Origin: Paraspadella gotoi
Taxonomy: Eukaryota; Animalia; Chaetognatha
DNA length: 64,000 bases
Direction: 5' to 3'
Assembly: GCA_051294375.1 (NCBI GenBank)
Contig: CM119267.1
Span: 20,523,476-20,587,475, forward strand
Shown here: positions 12,601 through 25,400 of the stretch, in pieces
Position numbering within the stretch: the first letter of the stretch is position 1
Layout of the letters: the number at the start of each line of letters is the position of its first letter
Notes under the pieces: generated by a model
The model's database searches: none
The model's input: the letters and a program-made list of their open reading frames with translations, nothing else
What the model was told of the DNA's origin: nothing
Made by a program: the position numbers and the translations under genes

Positions 12601-15600
12601 CGGCAAAGGTCGTAGTTTCCGACGGCAAGGTCGTAGTTTCGACGGCAAGGTCGTAGTTTCGACGGCAAGGTCGTAGTTTCGACGGCAAGGTCGTAGTTTG
12701 GACGGCAAGTCGTAGTTTCCGACGGCAAGGTCGTAGTTTCGACGGCAAGGTCGTAGTTTCGACGGCAAGGTCGTAGTTTGCGACGGCAAGGTCGTAGTTT
12801 CGCACGGCAAGGTCGTAGTTTCGACGGCAAGGTCGTAGTTTGCGAGGCAAGGTCGTAGTTTCGACGGCAAGGTCGTAGTTTCCGACGCGGCAAGGTCGTA
12901 GTTTGCCGACGGCAAGGTCGTAGTTTCGCGGCAAGGTCGTAGTTTCGAGCGGCAAGGTCGTAGTTTCCGACGGCAAGGTCGTAGTTCCGCGGCAAGGTCG
13001 TAGTCTCCGACGCAAGGTCGTAGTTTTCCCGGCAAGGTCGTAGTTTCGACGCAAAGTAGTAGTTTCGACAGCAAGGTCGTAGATTCGCCGGCAAGGTCGT
13101 AGTTTCGGCCGGCAAGGTCGTAGTTTCGGCCTGCAAGGTCGGAGTTTCGGCCTGCAAAGTGGTAGTTTCGGCCTGCAAGGAGGTAGTTTTGGCCTGCAAG
13201 GTGGCAGTTTTGGGCAGCAAGGTCGTAATTTCTGCAGGCACCTTGGTACTTTTGGCTGGGAAGGCGGTAGTTTTGGCTGGCAAGGTGGTAGTTTCGGCCG
13301 GCAAGGATTTTTCATCCTGCAAGCTAGTTTCGGCCTGCGAGTTAGTAGTTTCAGCCGACAAGGTGGTAATTTCGGCTGGCATGGTACTACTTTCAGCTGG
13401 TTGGGTACTACTTTCAGCCGGTAGGGTACTACTTTCGGCTGCCAGGGAACTACTTTCGGTGGGTATGGTGGTATTTTCGGCCGGCAAGATGGTACTTTCG
13501 GCTGGCAAGAGAGTAGTTTTGTCTGCAACAGTGAGTTTTTCTGAGGTAGTTTCAACAGGAATGGTATTAGTATCGGGCATGGCATCAATTTCACTCCGGG
13601 TAGTAGTAGTAGGTTCATCGAATATAGTGGTAATTTCATCTGGTGTCGTAGAAATTTTAGCTGGCTCTGAAGTTTCAGTAGTGCTAATTTTAGTATTTTC
13701 TGCAAGAACTGTAATATTTTCAACTGGAACAAAATGAGGCAGAGTAGTACTCTTAACAGAAACAGATGTAGTTAAATATACAGTGGTAGTCTCAACCGAT
13801 AAAATGGATGTTTTAGAAATCATTAAAGAAGTTTTTGCTGGTATAGTGGTAGCTTTTTCCAAGGATTGTGTTAAGATGGTCGGAGATGGTATGGCAGTAT
13901 TTTTAAGAGACAATCTGATAGAACTTCCTGGTGTGTAGAACTTTGAGGATATTGCAACTGAGATGGAGTTAGTTTCATCTAAGATGGAAGGCGTTTCAGA
14001 AAAGGTAACCGCATCAGCTAAAAAGGATGAATCAGCTGGAATGGAGGTTACTTCAGTTTTAAATGATGGGTTAATGTGTTCTGGCATAAAACTTGTAACA
14101 TAAGGTTCCATTGTAATTGAATTTATCAACAGCATGGAAAGAGTTTTTCGAGTATGACTTTTGGTTGAAGCCTCTCCCAATGATTTCGAAAGAGAAGAGG
14201 TTTGCAGTATGGGTGTCGTTGATTCTTGAGAGGAAAAATATGAATGCGAAGAAGCAAAAGATGTAGTCGGAAGAATAAAAGTATCAGTAGTAGTGTAAAA
14301 AGAATTTGCAGAAACAAAGGAGTTAGACCGAAACACATCATCCAATGAAAGAGCAGTTACGAGACTGGCGGGGAAAAGATTGTCAGTACTTGAAGGAATT
14401 AACGAAATTACTGTTTTGTAACTTGTCCATACAGTTTTTCTTAGCTCAGCCATGGGTTGGCTTATTGAGCTATCCACCTTGATCAAGTTACCAGTAGCCA
14501 ACTCGTCGAGATTGGTCTTCAATTCATAAAAATGCATAGCTTTCTCTTCACAGTTTTCACTTTTGATGCAAAGGCACTCGAATTGCCCAGATTCACGTCG
14601 ACTCGGACGCATACAAGCATAATTTTTCAAATCTTTGCAGCTAGTCGCCGTGCAGCTGTCGGTATGTGGCTTTGCAGCAAATTTTTCAAATAAATCTTTG
14701 TCCCGATAATTGCAAAAGTCGTGATTGCAAGAGCACAACGTATTGTTGTTTATAACAGAGCAGTAATAATCTTCCGTCCAGTGACCATGCTCGACGGTTT
14801 TCCTCATATCTTGAAGGCATCCTCTCTCTACGAGAAAATCGGGATGAATCTCATCTTCCAACAAAGCGCATCGTTCGCATTCGACCATGAAACGCCAGGG
14901 CTTTTCTAAACAAGTCATGTCGCGCAAATGAGTTTTGCAAGAGAGGCATTTCAACGAGTGGGTTCCATGACAGAACAAAAATAAAATAAAAGCCCCGAAA
15001 AAGGATCGTATTAAAAAAAGTTTCATATTCACCGACCGAATTAAAAAAATATACCTTGAACAAAACAAGTTGTACAGACGATTGATAAACAAAGCACACG
15101 ACACGCAAATTTGTATGCAACAATCTAATTACCGTCAAAAACATTTGCAAAAGAGAGAGCGATCCACCGGTAAAATCTAAGAGGATGTTACCGATACTCC
15201 AGCCCTCCGTGCTTTTACGTCTGAAATATGCAAGATTATAATACAACATGTGAGCCTTCGGCGGAACAAAAGGTCGAGAACATTTTGGCGAGTCCGAAAG
15301 TCCGTACTTGTAGTTCATGAAGGCCTGAGGGATATACTTGATTAAAGTTATCCCAAGTTTAACGTACGACAAGTAATAGACGAAGTTCAACCAATTGATG
15401 ACGTTGGCACCGGCAAGGATCAAAGACACCAGCACAAAAAGAAAGCAGAGAGTCAAAATTCCCCTGGGAAAGAAGAAATTAAAACGTTATGAAAACAAAA
15501 TATGCGAATTACCACTTACAAATTACAACTTATGAACACGGCAAATATACCTGCAAACTTTTGAGACCGTTTGCTGACCCCTTTCGTAGATAAAGCACTG

Positions 15601-16800
15601 TACGATGGTAATAATCGTTAAAGCTATCGCGTGAAGCGCAAAAACGACATCATTCGGCGCTACTTGGATCACAGTCAATGGGTTGGCCTGAAATTTTAAA
15701 TATACAAAAAGTCGCGATGACCATACATATGTTTCTTTATACTACACAAATACTAACAAATAAAATAACTAATTCACGCTATAAACTGATCCATTAACAA
15801 ATCTTAAAAATACGTACTTAATAATATTAAATAAAAACCTCGCAGACCCTGTGTACTATGCACCTTATAAAACTGCTCTTGCACGACGTGATTGTAGTAG
15901 AGGCACAGGTTAAAAATGGCGTAACAGGTGAAGCCAGTAAGATTGAGAGAAAGAAAATCGAAGTTGAGACCAATGACCGACTTTCGCTTGAAGTTTATAT
16001 AACATTGAGGGTAGAAGGAAATGGACCAGGCCAAAAAGTAGATCCAACCGACCACAGTGCTGAAAACCTAATGGGGAGTGTATGGGGGCGAATAGGTGGC
16101 CAGTCAAATCGAAGGCCATTAGATTGAAACGTATCAAACTTACGTCCAGCCAGCTGCTTCTGGTAATTTTTACGTCGATGACCGTCTTGTCCAGGTCAAG
16201 CGAAAGTTCTGAAGTGTTGAGGGCGATTCTAATTTCTCCGGCCGAGTTATTGCCTGTTAATTAGTGCCCACGTTTTTGTCAATTTTTGTCAAAAGGTATA
16301 ACAAAATTAAAAAAGGTAAAATAGGTTCAAATGACCAACCTAACGACGTTTCAATAAGGAGCTTTCTAGTTTCGTTGCCATTTAAAGACTGAAGATGTAA
16401 CGGAGAGAACATGAGTTTGCCATTTTTTTTAGGTTCCTAGTGAGAAGAGGATGAAAAAAACATTTTACTAATAATCTGTCTGAAAAAAAAACGTGAGAGA
16501 CTAACCGTAAGGATGTCATCTCCAACTTTGTACATAAAATCGTAGGTGACGCTCTGGTTCAAATCTTGGACGATTGTCAACGTCAGATTGGCGCCTAAGA
16601 AAATCGATATAAAATTGAGAATGATATCAATACGACTCATACCCGAATCTTGCACCTATGATGATGGAGCAAGTGTCTTCTCCGTCGCCGCATGTCAACG
16701 ACACTCGAGAGGCGGCTCCATCGCGATCGCCGTCGACACCAAGCCAAGACGGCGACGAAGAAGTGACGAGAAGGAGAAAGACGAATCGAAGATTCTTCAT
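9622..16800 (-). CDS. CTNS: Cystinosin paralogue 2, multi-exon, with a 5.3-kb last intron (9799-15132)
   Basis: ATG 16800 starts a signal peptide ([12 protein letters not shown]). Exons read [39 protein letters not shown] and [30 protein letters not shown]|GTAATT. The terminal exon 9798-9622 joins in phase 0: [47 protein letters not shown]. Confidence 0.92.
10182..15026 (-). CDS. Secreted mucin-like protein (~1600 aa): signal peptide, Ly6/three-finger-like domain, Thr-rich repeats, hevein-like domain, two further Ly6-like domains; intronless, nested in a cystinosin-2 intron
   Basis: [39 protein letters not shown] at the N-terminus; ETTTLP repeats; [18 protein letters not shown]; [10 protein letters not shown] and [10 protein letters not shown] near the C-terminus. 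ORFs 12171-15104 and 10182-12077 are separated only by indels in the repeat array. Confidence 0.8.
12040..13500 (-). repeat. Coding 21-bp tandem array (gacggcaaggtcgtagtttcc; ETTTLPS/A/V heptads)
   Basis: Dozens of near-identical units at 12340-13130, degenerating outward; scattered 1-nt indels shift the frame. Confidence 0.95.
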
Positions 16801-17296
16801 TTTATTTCAGGGAGCGAAACTTTTCGGTACTAGCTTTTTTTTTTACGATTTTTTCGAGTTGATGGTTATCTTTAAAAAAATGTTTTTTTTCTTAATTTAA
16901 AAATTACATGATTCTGCTCTTAAAAAATTAATCAGGTGTTTAAAACTAAATCGGTTCAAAACGATTTTGTAAAGTAGAAATAATAAACCACAGAGAGATA
17001 ATTTTTGGTTCACCGCTAAATTTCATTAATTGGCATTGAGAAAAAAAGCGGATTAAGACCCATAATCACAGCTTGTTTAAGATTAAGTTAGTCAAAATGA
17101 AAAAAAAAGGCACGGTCCAACCAATAAACTTGCATATAAAACAAAATGAAGGGACGGAATGTTTAATGATAAAAATGTAGTAAATTTCACCTCCCACCCC
17201 CTGCATATCCCCCCCAATGAGAAAACAGAACAGTTTGGCGATTTAGTGAATTTAAACGAAATAAAATGATCGACGTCAACGGCCTCCTTCATTTCG

Positions 17297-20200
17297 CTAT
17301 GGACGTCGACGTTGACGTTGAGAACGAGACCGTTCAGAAGAATCCTGAAATGGGAAAAAAAAATATTCAATTCACGGCTAAAAAGAGAATCTAAGGCCTT
17401 AGTAAGCGTCTTGATGTATTTATTTAAGTCTTTAGAAGATGTATTCAGCGTCACGGCCAATTGAACATAAATTACCCGCGTGTAAGAGCTGTTCGATGTT
17501 CTGGAATATTCCCTCATGATCTTGCGCCTCCGATCAACGTCGGCGCCGTCGACGATCGTGCAAGGAAGAAAGAAGAAGGAAGTGAAAAGAATTCCCGCCA
17601 GAAGATAATAATAGTAATCGAGACGGTCATAGTTTAGTCCGAGGGAGGGACAACGAAACCACAGGCCTGTGGCGGAGGGGGGGAGAGAAAAAATATTGGC
17701 CATAGACAAAACATCATATTAAACATACGATACAACAACATCGAGAGAAGTTGTTTGGTAAAATAAACAATGGCAGTAATAAAGAATATATTGAGCACAA
17801 AATTAACAATTCACGAAAAATTTAAAACTTACCATTCAGTGCCGCGGCCAAACCATCGCCTAATAAACTTCCGATGCCGACGCAAAACCAGTAGAAGCCC
17901 ATGATGAGCCCTTGCATACACCTGCGTGCGATAAGCGAGATAAAACTAGTAAATCAAAGACAAACAAAAAAAATCTATACCTACGGCTACGCAAAGCTGT
18001 ACTTTTGAGCTGGTTTGAGCTACTACGTATAAAAAAAGTAGGAAATACTCACTTCGGAGAGTAACTGTAGGCGAACTCGAGACCGGCAACAGAAGCGAGA
18101 GCCTCAGAAATCCCTATCAGGCAATACTGAGGCATTTGTAAAAAGATGGACATATCGGCTGAAAAGGTAGAAATTTCCTTGACTTAATTTCACATTCAAT
18201 TCTGCTTTTTATGAATTATAAAAGCACGCACCCGCTTGGTAAGTGGTGTTATTATGGAGTGTTTGAACGAAGCCGTTGGCACAGGATTCGTTGTAAACGT
18301 GAGAACTAAAATTCCAAGACGGAATGCTGCCGTGATCGCAGCCGGACCAATAACTGAAGAGATAAGGTTTAACGAGTTCTGAGTCAAAATTTGTTAACCT
18401 AATCGATAGTTTGCAGCGAAGGCACCGTGGGAAAATCCTCACCTGGTCAACCGCTTGCTCTCCAACACTCCTGCCCAACCTACTGCCAAGAAAGCAAAGA
18501 TGATTCCCATGTAGAACCGCAAAAGAATCGGAAAAATCTTTCCTGTTTTTGAAGGCAAATAGAATTTATTTAAATCTTATAGATTTACAACAGCGACGCT
18601 ATAGCGGACCTTTCTTGTCTAGCTTCCTTTGAAACCAGTCCATGACGGGAATGAAGAATAGAAGGAAAACGACGTCGCAGAGGGAGAGGGTGGCGACGGG
18701 GAATTGGGTCAAGGGAAGACGCATGTGAAGGGCCTGAAAGCCAAGGAATAAAAGAGAATTATAGCAGAAGCATCGTCGACCAAGTTTGGATAATTGTGCC
18801 TCTTTGGAAGCTCAAAGCTCAAGCTGAACTTTACTCGCCTGCGACACGAAGCTCGTCTCCATCTGAAAATAAGTCATCCAGTAAGGGACGAGGGCGAAGA
18901 AGAAAAGGAGGATGGCCAAAAGCTTCTTCACGTCGTCGACAATGGCGTCGAGAAAGGCGCCGCCGTGACGCACTTTGGCCACGTCGACCCACGTCTCGGG
19001 CCGTCGTTGCGCCGGGTCGATGATGCCCTTGCAGTGTTCCGTAGCAGAGGAGGGGCAGAACAAGTGACGAATATTGGTCCTGGGTTAAGGGTGTGAGAGA
19101 TGTGAAAGGTTGGCATAAAAATTTCGAATGATCGAATGAAAAACAAAATATTCATAAAATACATTATAATATATATTATATAATATAACATACCTTATCG
19201 CAAAAAATATGATTCCGACGATGTTTCTCAAGATGGTTTCACCGGGAGGCCTTTGTGAAAAAAAGAATTATTTAATCCTACTGCAAAACCGAAAAGGATC
19301 GCCTAAGTCTTACCTGACGGTGAAAAGAGGATAACAAAATATGAAAAGCAAAGTGGCGACGACAATAACGCCGGAAGGGACGAGGTAGCCGACGAAAAAG
19401 TCGCAGTTCTGCTGGAGGTAAGCGATTGGCCCTGGAAGAAAAAAAAAGAGAGAATGGAGAAGCGCGAGAGAGAAACACTAGAATAGGCAAGAGTTAAAAT
19501 CGGTTACCCAAAGCAACAAACGATCCAATCTGGGTGCACCAGTAGAACCAGTTGAAGAAAATTCTCGTCCAGTTCTCCCCACCTTGGATGATCTTTGAAA
19601 AATAAAGAGGTTTGTTTGGTTTTTTGTTTTTCGCTGTCATTATGAGAATTATTTAACTAACCTCCACCTGATCCGCTCCAAAGGGAGCGATGTTAGCCTT
19701 GAACATTCCCGACCCGATGGCGATGAAAGACAGTGACAAATAAACCCATAGCTGACAGGGTCGACCCAGGTTAGGTGACAGCGTGGTTGTGGTGTTGCCA
19801 GGTAAAATGTCAGTCATCTGCATGCCATTTCCGTCGCCATCAGATACGTGGCCTGCGCAAAGAAATACCCAATCTCAAACTGTGTTTCGGCATTCTGGTA
19901 TTCCCACATCTCGTTGTAGGTCTTATTTGAACTTTGAACTCACAATGCGGTAACTTGTAACTGAAGTTTTGAAGAAAAGAGTATTTGTCCCTAGTCGCTT
20001 GAGACTGAAGGCTGAGTAATATGAGCACCACGAATCCGCCCCAGTAAAAGAATAAGGAAAGAAGAAGAACTTTGTATCGACCTTTGGGAGAGGAGGAAAG
20101 AATTTCGAAACGATCTTGAAATAACGCTCTCGATCTAGTTTGGTAACTTACCCAAAACGGAATCACCGAGCCAACCGCCGAAAACTGACATTAAATAAGA

Positions 20201-20981
20201 CAAACCCGTGTACACGAACATTAACTGGAAAGCGAAAAGAACAGGGGGGGGCTTGATAAAATTTTGTTTTTTGATTTTCACATCAGACAAATCGATCATG
20301 ACGACCACTCGCCTGCATGGCGTAATAATAGGTCCAAGAATAAGGATCGTCGGTGAGGAAAATCATGAGGTTTCCGTTGATCGAGTAATAAGAGATACGC
20401 TCGAGAGCTTCGATGGCGCACAAGACGCCGCAGGATTGGATGGCACGGTGTCTGTAAGTTATTCCTCGTTTTTACCGCCAAATTGTCTCAAAAGTGATTT
20501 TAAATGGGAGAAGAAACGGAATGTTATATTATGGAGTAAGGACAATGGACTACATTTGATCCCTTAACGGCTTAATTTTACATTCGTCGACTAGATTTAG
20601 GTGGGGCTTAGGAGTAGTTAAGGGTAATTAGGGGCAAGGGGTTATGATAGCTAAAAAAATTAGTTTTTTAAAATAAAATTTTTATACATGATTATTTTAC
20701 CCTGTTAACATGTTGTAAAATATTATTTTGATAGATATTGTTTACGATTCGTGAAATGTAAACAAAAGAGACGGGAATGACCGTGACTACGGACAAAAAT
20801 AATTTTTTTCCCATAAATTTTTACAGTAATCTCATATTAGACAAAGCATTCCATGAAAACTAAAGACGAACCTGTTGTTGTGACTGTAGGAAGAGTATAG
20901 TTCGGGTATGCTTTCCGACCGCACCATTTCCCGACGAGGACTCTCTCTCCGCATCAGCGGGGCCCTTTCCGAGCACGACAT
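17297..20981 (-). CDS. SLC15A4: SLC15A4/PHT-like proton-coupled peptide/histidine transporter (POT family), multi-exon
   Basis: N-terminal MSCSERAPLM (cf. the ERAPLL sorting motif); EALERISYYS (ExxERxxYY); GGWLGDSVLG; GMFKANIAPFGADQ; FFNWFYW; YWMTYFQMETSF; QMPQYCLIGISEALASVAGLEFAY; RLDYYYYLLAG. Confidence 0.9.
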
Positions 20982-22436
20982 TTTTTCAATTTCCGCTCTA
21001 AGTCGTCTCAGTTTCGAGATATCATCCCGATCATCATCGATCCAAGAGGACCTGACAATGATTTTTATTTCCGATCGAATATTTCGGTCACGAGTAAATA
21101 CGACTAAGAAAAATATTTGAAGAGAAACTGCGCTTTTTAGATAGTCTAAACTGGCTAATCTGGTCTTCAGCCCGTGTCAGATCTCAGATTCTCAAATCAC
21201 GAGCCGCATGATTACAAAACAGATAGATACTGATCGAACAAGATAAGGAAAGAGAGAAAAACAGAGGAGAGACAAGAGTGGTGAATTTGTCAGAGATCGA
21301 AATTAGGTCTGCAGTCGAGTTCGTCGATGGCGCATAATAGTTATTTATCCATAGTCCCGGAAGATTTTGGTTTTATATTTCAGTACTTAAATCTGTGTAA
21401 GGTGGTAAAAGGTAGTTTATGCTCAACCGTTTTTTAATTATCTTGTAACGCGTTTAACATGCAAATAATCCACCGGTTAAAATCAGAAAGAAAAACAACT
21501 TTTTTTAAAAAATAATATTATGAGCTTTTATTTTCTTTTTTTTTTTTTGGAGTAAATCGCAATAAATAACGATGGGTGTATAAATAAAGTCAAAAAGGTC
21601 CGAAGCGTAACAAAAACAATACGCCGATCAAATAATTAATAATAAAAGTTCAACAAAAATAAAAAATAAATAGTACCATAAAACACAAAAAACAGACAGA
21701 CACAAAATAAGATTGCGACTCGGTGAGAGCATTGATATAGGTGACTAGAAAAAAAAATTATAGGGTTAAGTAGCAATTAAACTTAGCAGGAGTTAACTTA
21801 AAAATATTCTATTTAAAGGATAATCGTTGCATGGGGTTAGAGTGGCTCCTGAGTTAATTTCTCCGTGATCGATGTTAGAAATACAGTGACGTGGTGACGT
21901 CGTGAGAATACAGTCCACGATTTTGTCTACAGCATCCCTTTGTTTACATTATGAATTTGTAATCGTAAATGCTTTTTATACTTTGTGATCTATCTTCTAC
22001 GTGTCTAGCAGTGGCATATAAGCTTATGTCTAGAAGAGTGTCATGAACTACTGCTTTTCGAACGACACAACACCGTCACCTCGGATGATAACCTTTTTGA
22101 GACCCCCCCACCACTTTTTTTTCCTGGAAGACTTTGATTTCGTTATCAGCAGTAATTTTTATATAAAGGGTCAAAATTAGAAGTTAATTTTAAGACGGAA
22201 ATCAAAACAATACAGCGTTTCGTTTAGATAAATTTGGGAGAGATTCGGTCCAGCAGAACAAAATTTCATAGTTTCTCTCTGGAAGAAATAATCCGTACTT
22301 CGACATCAAGTCGAGGAGAACATCCAAAAATATTCTCACCAGCGCATTGAGCAAAAAAAACGGGTCGTGGATGAGTAATCCACAAAAAAATCACTGGATC
22401 GTCCAAAACAAACTAATTCATTTTAAACTTTTTTTT

Positions 22437-25400
22437 TCATCCGATGATTCCGTCTCCCATATTGCCTAAACTTGTGTCGATGAAGGGCAACTTGAGGCTG
22501 TCTCTGCTCTCTTCATGAGGAGGATACGGAACGACGACTCCGGAAACAGCGTAGGGGTTTCCAGGGGTTGTCCCGAGTCCCCCTCCGGCGGAAGACATTC
22601 CTTTGGAAAGGAGGAATGAAGAAGAGAGAATGAAAAAGAAGAATATTGCCTTCTTTTTAATTTTCTTTTTTTTTCACTAACCAGCGTTGCCCATGACGGG
22701 CAAGGTGGCGCTGTTGCCCAGACCGTTTCGGTTGGTAGCCACGGATCCGTATGGAGGTTGGCCGGGAGCCAATCCCAACCCACCGGGGGCGAGGAAATGA
22801 CCGTGGGCAAGGGGCACCATCGTTAGTTGGTTCTCTATCAACGCGGAAATGCCCTTCCTTCGTTTAGCCTTTTAAGATAAATCATCCGTGAGACGCATTA
22901 TAAGAACTTTTAATACTACAAACAGGCCGAAATATATCGCACACGAACCTGCTTGGTCGACGGCGCACTACACTTCATCGCAAAGCACATATCCTCTCGC
23001 ATTTCGCTACAAAGACCCTGCTTGTCGTCTCCCCCGGAGGAAGAGTCGGTGTCGGGATCAGAATATCTGGCCTTCCAGATGAACTCAAGGATAGCAACGA
23101 CGAAAGAAAGTCCTAGCCCAGCAACCAAAACCTGAAAAGGGGGGGGGTGGGGGGAAGGGACGACGAATCCTTAATCTTAATCAAATTGATCCAAAAAACG
23201 AGTGTTAAAACTACTCAATTTCTCACCAAGAAAACTCCCCCCACATTGGCCATGCCGAGTGCAGACGCCTTGTCTTTTTTACTCTTGTCGCTGTCGTCAC
23301 ACCCGCCCCCCTGTTTGTCTTTCCACCAAGTGTTGTACAGTTCGGGCAGGATCTGTTCTTCTTGCAGCTGTTTTAAGATTATAATCGGCGATTTTCTAAT
23401 TTTCTAATTGATGTTTCAACTTTTACGGTTTTTTTTTTTTAATTTTTACCTTCAATATGGCGCTTGTCACTAAGTCGCGGTAGGGAGAATCTCGCGGAGT
23501 ACCGATGCCGTATCCTTAAAAAATATTTTATTAGAAATCCATAATAGCCCATATTAGATCTCGCAGCAAGCTAACTCACCCTTGGCATCAAGCAGACCCC
23601 CGACTTGCATGAGCTCACAGTCCATTTGGCGAATGTATTCATTCATGGTACTCTCCATCAGGAAAGCATAGTCACCTAAAGTCGGTAGGACAATTTGATT
23701 AGTTTGTGCTTTGTGCGGTTCATATTACAATCGCGTTTACCTTTCTTCACGCGTTCAATTCCTTCCTGAGTCGTGTTTACAAATACGTTCGGCACCGTCG
23801 TCTCCATCGTGTGCCACATTCGGCTGTAAAAGAGAGAGAAGTCTGTCATTTCAAAATTTAATTTTATTCGAATTATCCGTCATGCTGCCTTCCCTACCTG
23901 TAGGTTTCTATTTTTGAGTCTCTGAAAAACGTCATAGTGGATCCCCCATGAAGCGTCCCGTACTTAATTTCGATCTGGGAAAACAAAAAATTGCCAAAAA
24001 ATGCTTCATCGCCAAGATGGCGTCAAGACTCTTTTAGAAGATCCCTCCACCTGTTTGGAGAGATCCTCGGCGTTCTCGATCGGCGTCGCCATCCGCTCGA
24101 CGGTGAGAAAAGCCGCCAGATTCGCGGTGTAGGACGACAGCATGATGAGTGTGAAGAACCACCATATTCCGGAGATCAAACGGGTGGACGCTAAGTAAAT
24201 TTAAGAGTTTTTAAAAATACGTTTAGACCTATAGATATAAACCAGTTGGTAAATTGTTCAAAGTTTAAAATGGCGACTTTCAGTCTAACCCGCTCTGGGA
24301 GAAATTTCCGATCCAGAATCTTGTCGCATAAGAGATCCAACAGTGTACCAGAGACTGTTCGAAACGGTAAATTGATTTTCCACCTGAACCAAAAAAAAAA
24401 CAAAAAACAAAAAACACAAGAAAAACCGAGTAACTTGACAGCATAGTCTAGACAAAGAGATCGCTTTCCGAGTGAAAAGTAAAACTTACCATGTCGATGT
24501 CGGGATTGCACAAATGAGGATTGTACCACTCGTATGGCGAGAATCGAGCCAACACAAAAAGCATAAACGAGATCGCAATGTAAGCAAAAAGCATGTAAAC
24601 CCAAACTGAAGGAAGGGAAGGGAAGGGAAGGGAAGGATAATATGAAAGCCAAATGCAAGGATATGAACGCTCTCTGAACGTCTTCACTCACCTTGTATGG
24701 ACAGAGGTGCGAGGAACGAGAAGAGGCCGGGAGAGTTTTTCTCCGGCCTCTTGAAGAGAATCGAAATTCCCAGATTCATGAAGGGTTTGGTGAAGTCGAT
24801 CACGTGTTCACGGACGAAGGTGATGGTGAGTGGTGCAACGGCTGTCAAGATAAGAGTCAAAGCGTGAAAAAAACTTTAGTATTTATATGCATATTCCAGG
24901 AATATTTCGACGCGCGATCCTCACCCAAATCGGCTTCCTTTCTGATAAGTTCGCCCACCATCCCGGACCAGACGCCGGTCTCCTTGTCCTGGGCGCCGTA
25001 CTTTCCGTCTTTGACCAAGTTAATCTCGTAAGTGAAGTTTACGAGTCTGGCGATCTCCGCCAGCATCTCCACGCAGTAGCCCTCGTACTTGTCGTTGCCT
25101 AGAAACGGAATAACGGAGCATAAACCTCGCCGACGACGACTCCCGCAGCCGTAAAAAAAAATCCTTTACCTGTGTATAAATGGTGATCCTTCTTGAGCAT
25201 GACGTAGGGATTTTCATAGATGGTGGTAACGCGTAGTTTTTTCTTGAACAAGCCTCGATGAGCGCCTGTCAATAGTCAAAAATGTATTTCATATAAAGGC
25301 TACAAAAAAACCTTTTTAAAATTCGGACCTCCGATATGATGGCTCGGGTTTAATGTCATGTTTAGAGCTTTCGACGAATTGTTCCACTTTCCGACGAGTT

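Noticed and set aside
12340-13130. Regular 21-bp repeats resembling a CRISPR array, with three overlapping ORFs suggesting programmed frameshifting
   Set aside because: There are no unique spacers. It is a head-to-tail coding mucin array, and the random 1-nt indels are typical of unpolished long-read sequence.
14851-15132. Read-through or alternative C-terminal extension fusing cystinosin-2 to the mucin
   Set aside because: The cystinosin frame stops at 14851 and differs from the mucin frame, and a proper terminal exon exists at 9798-9622.
20590-20650. Degenerate TTAGG/G-run tract, telomere-like or G-quadruplex-like
   Set aside because: Too short and irregular to support a call.
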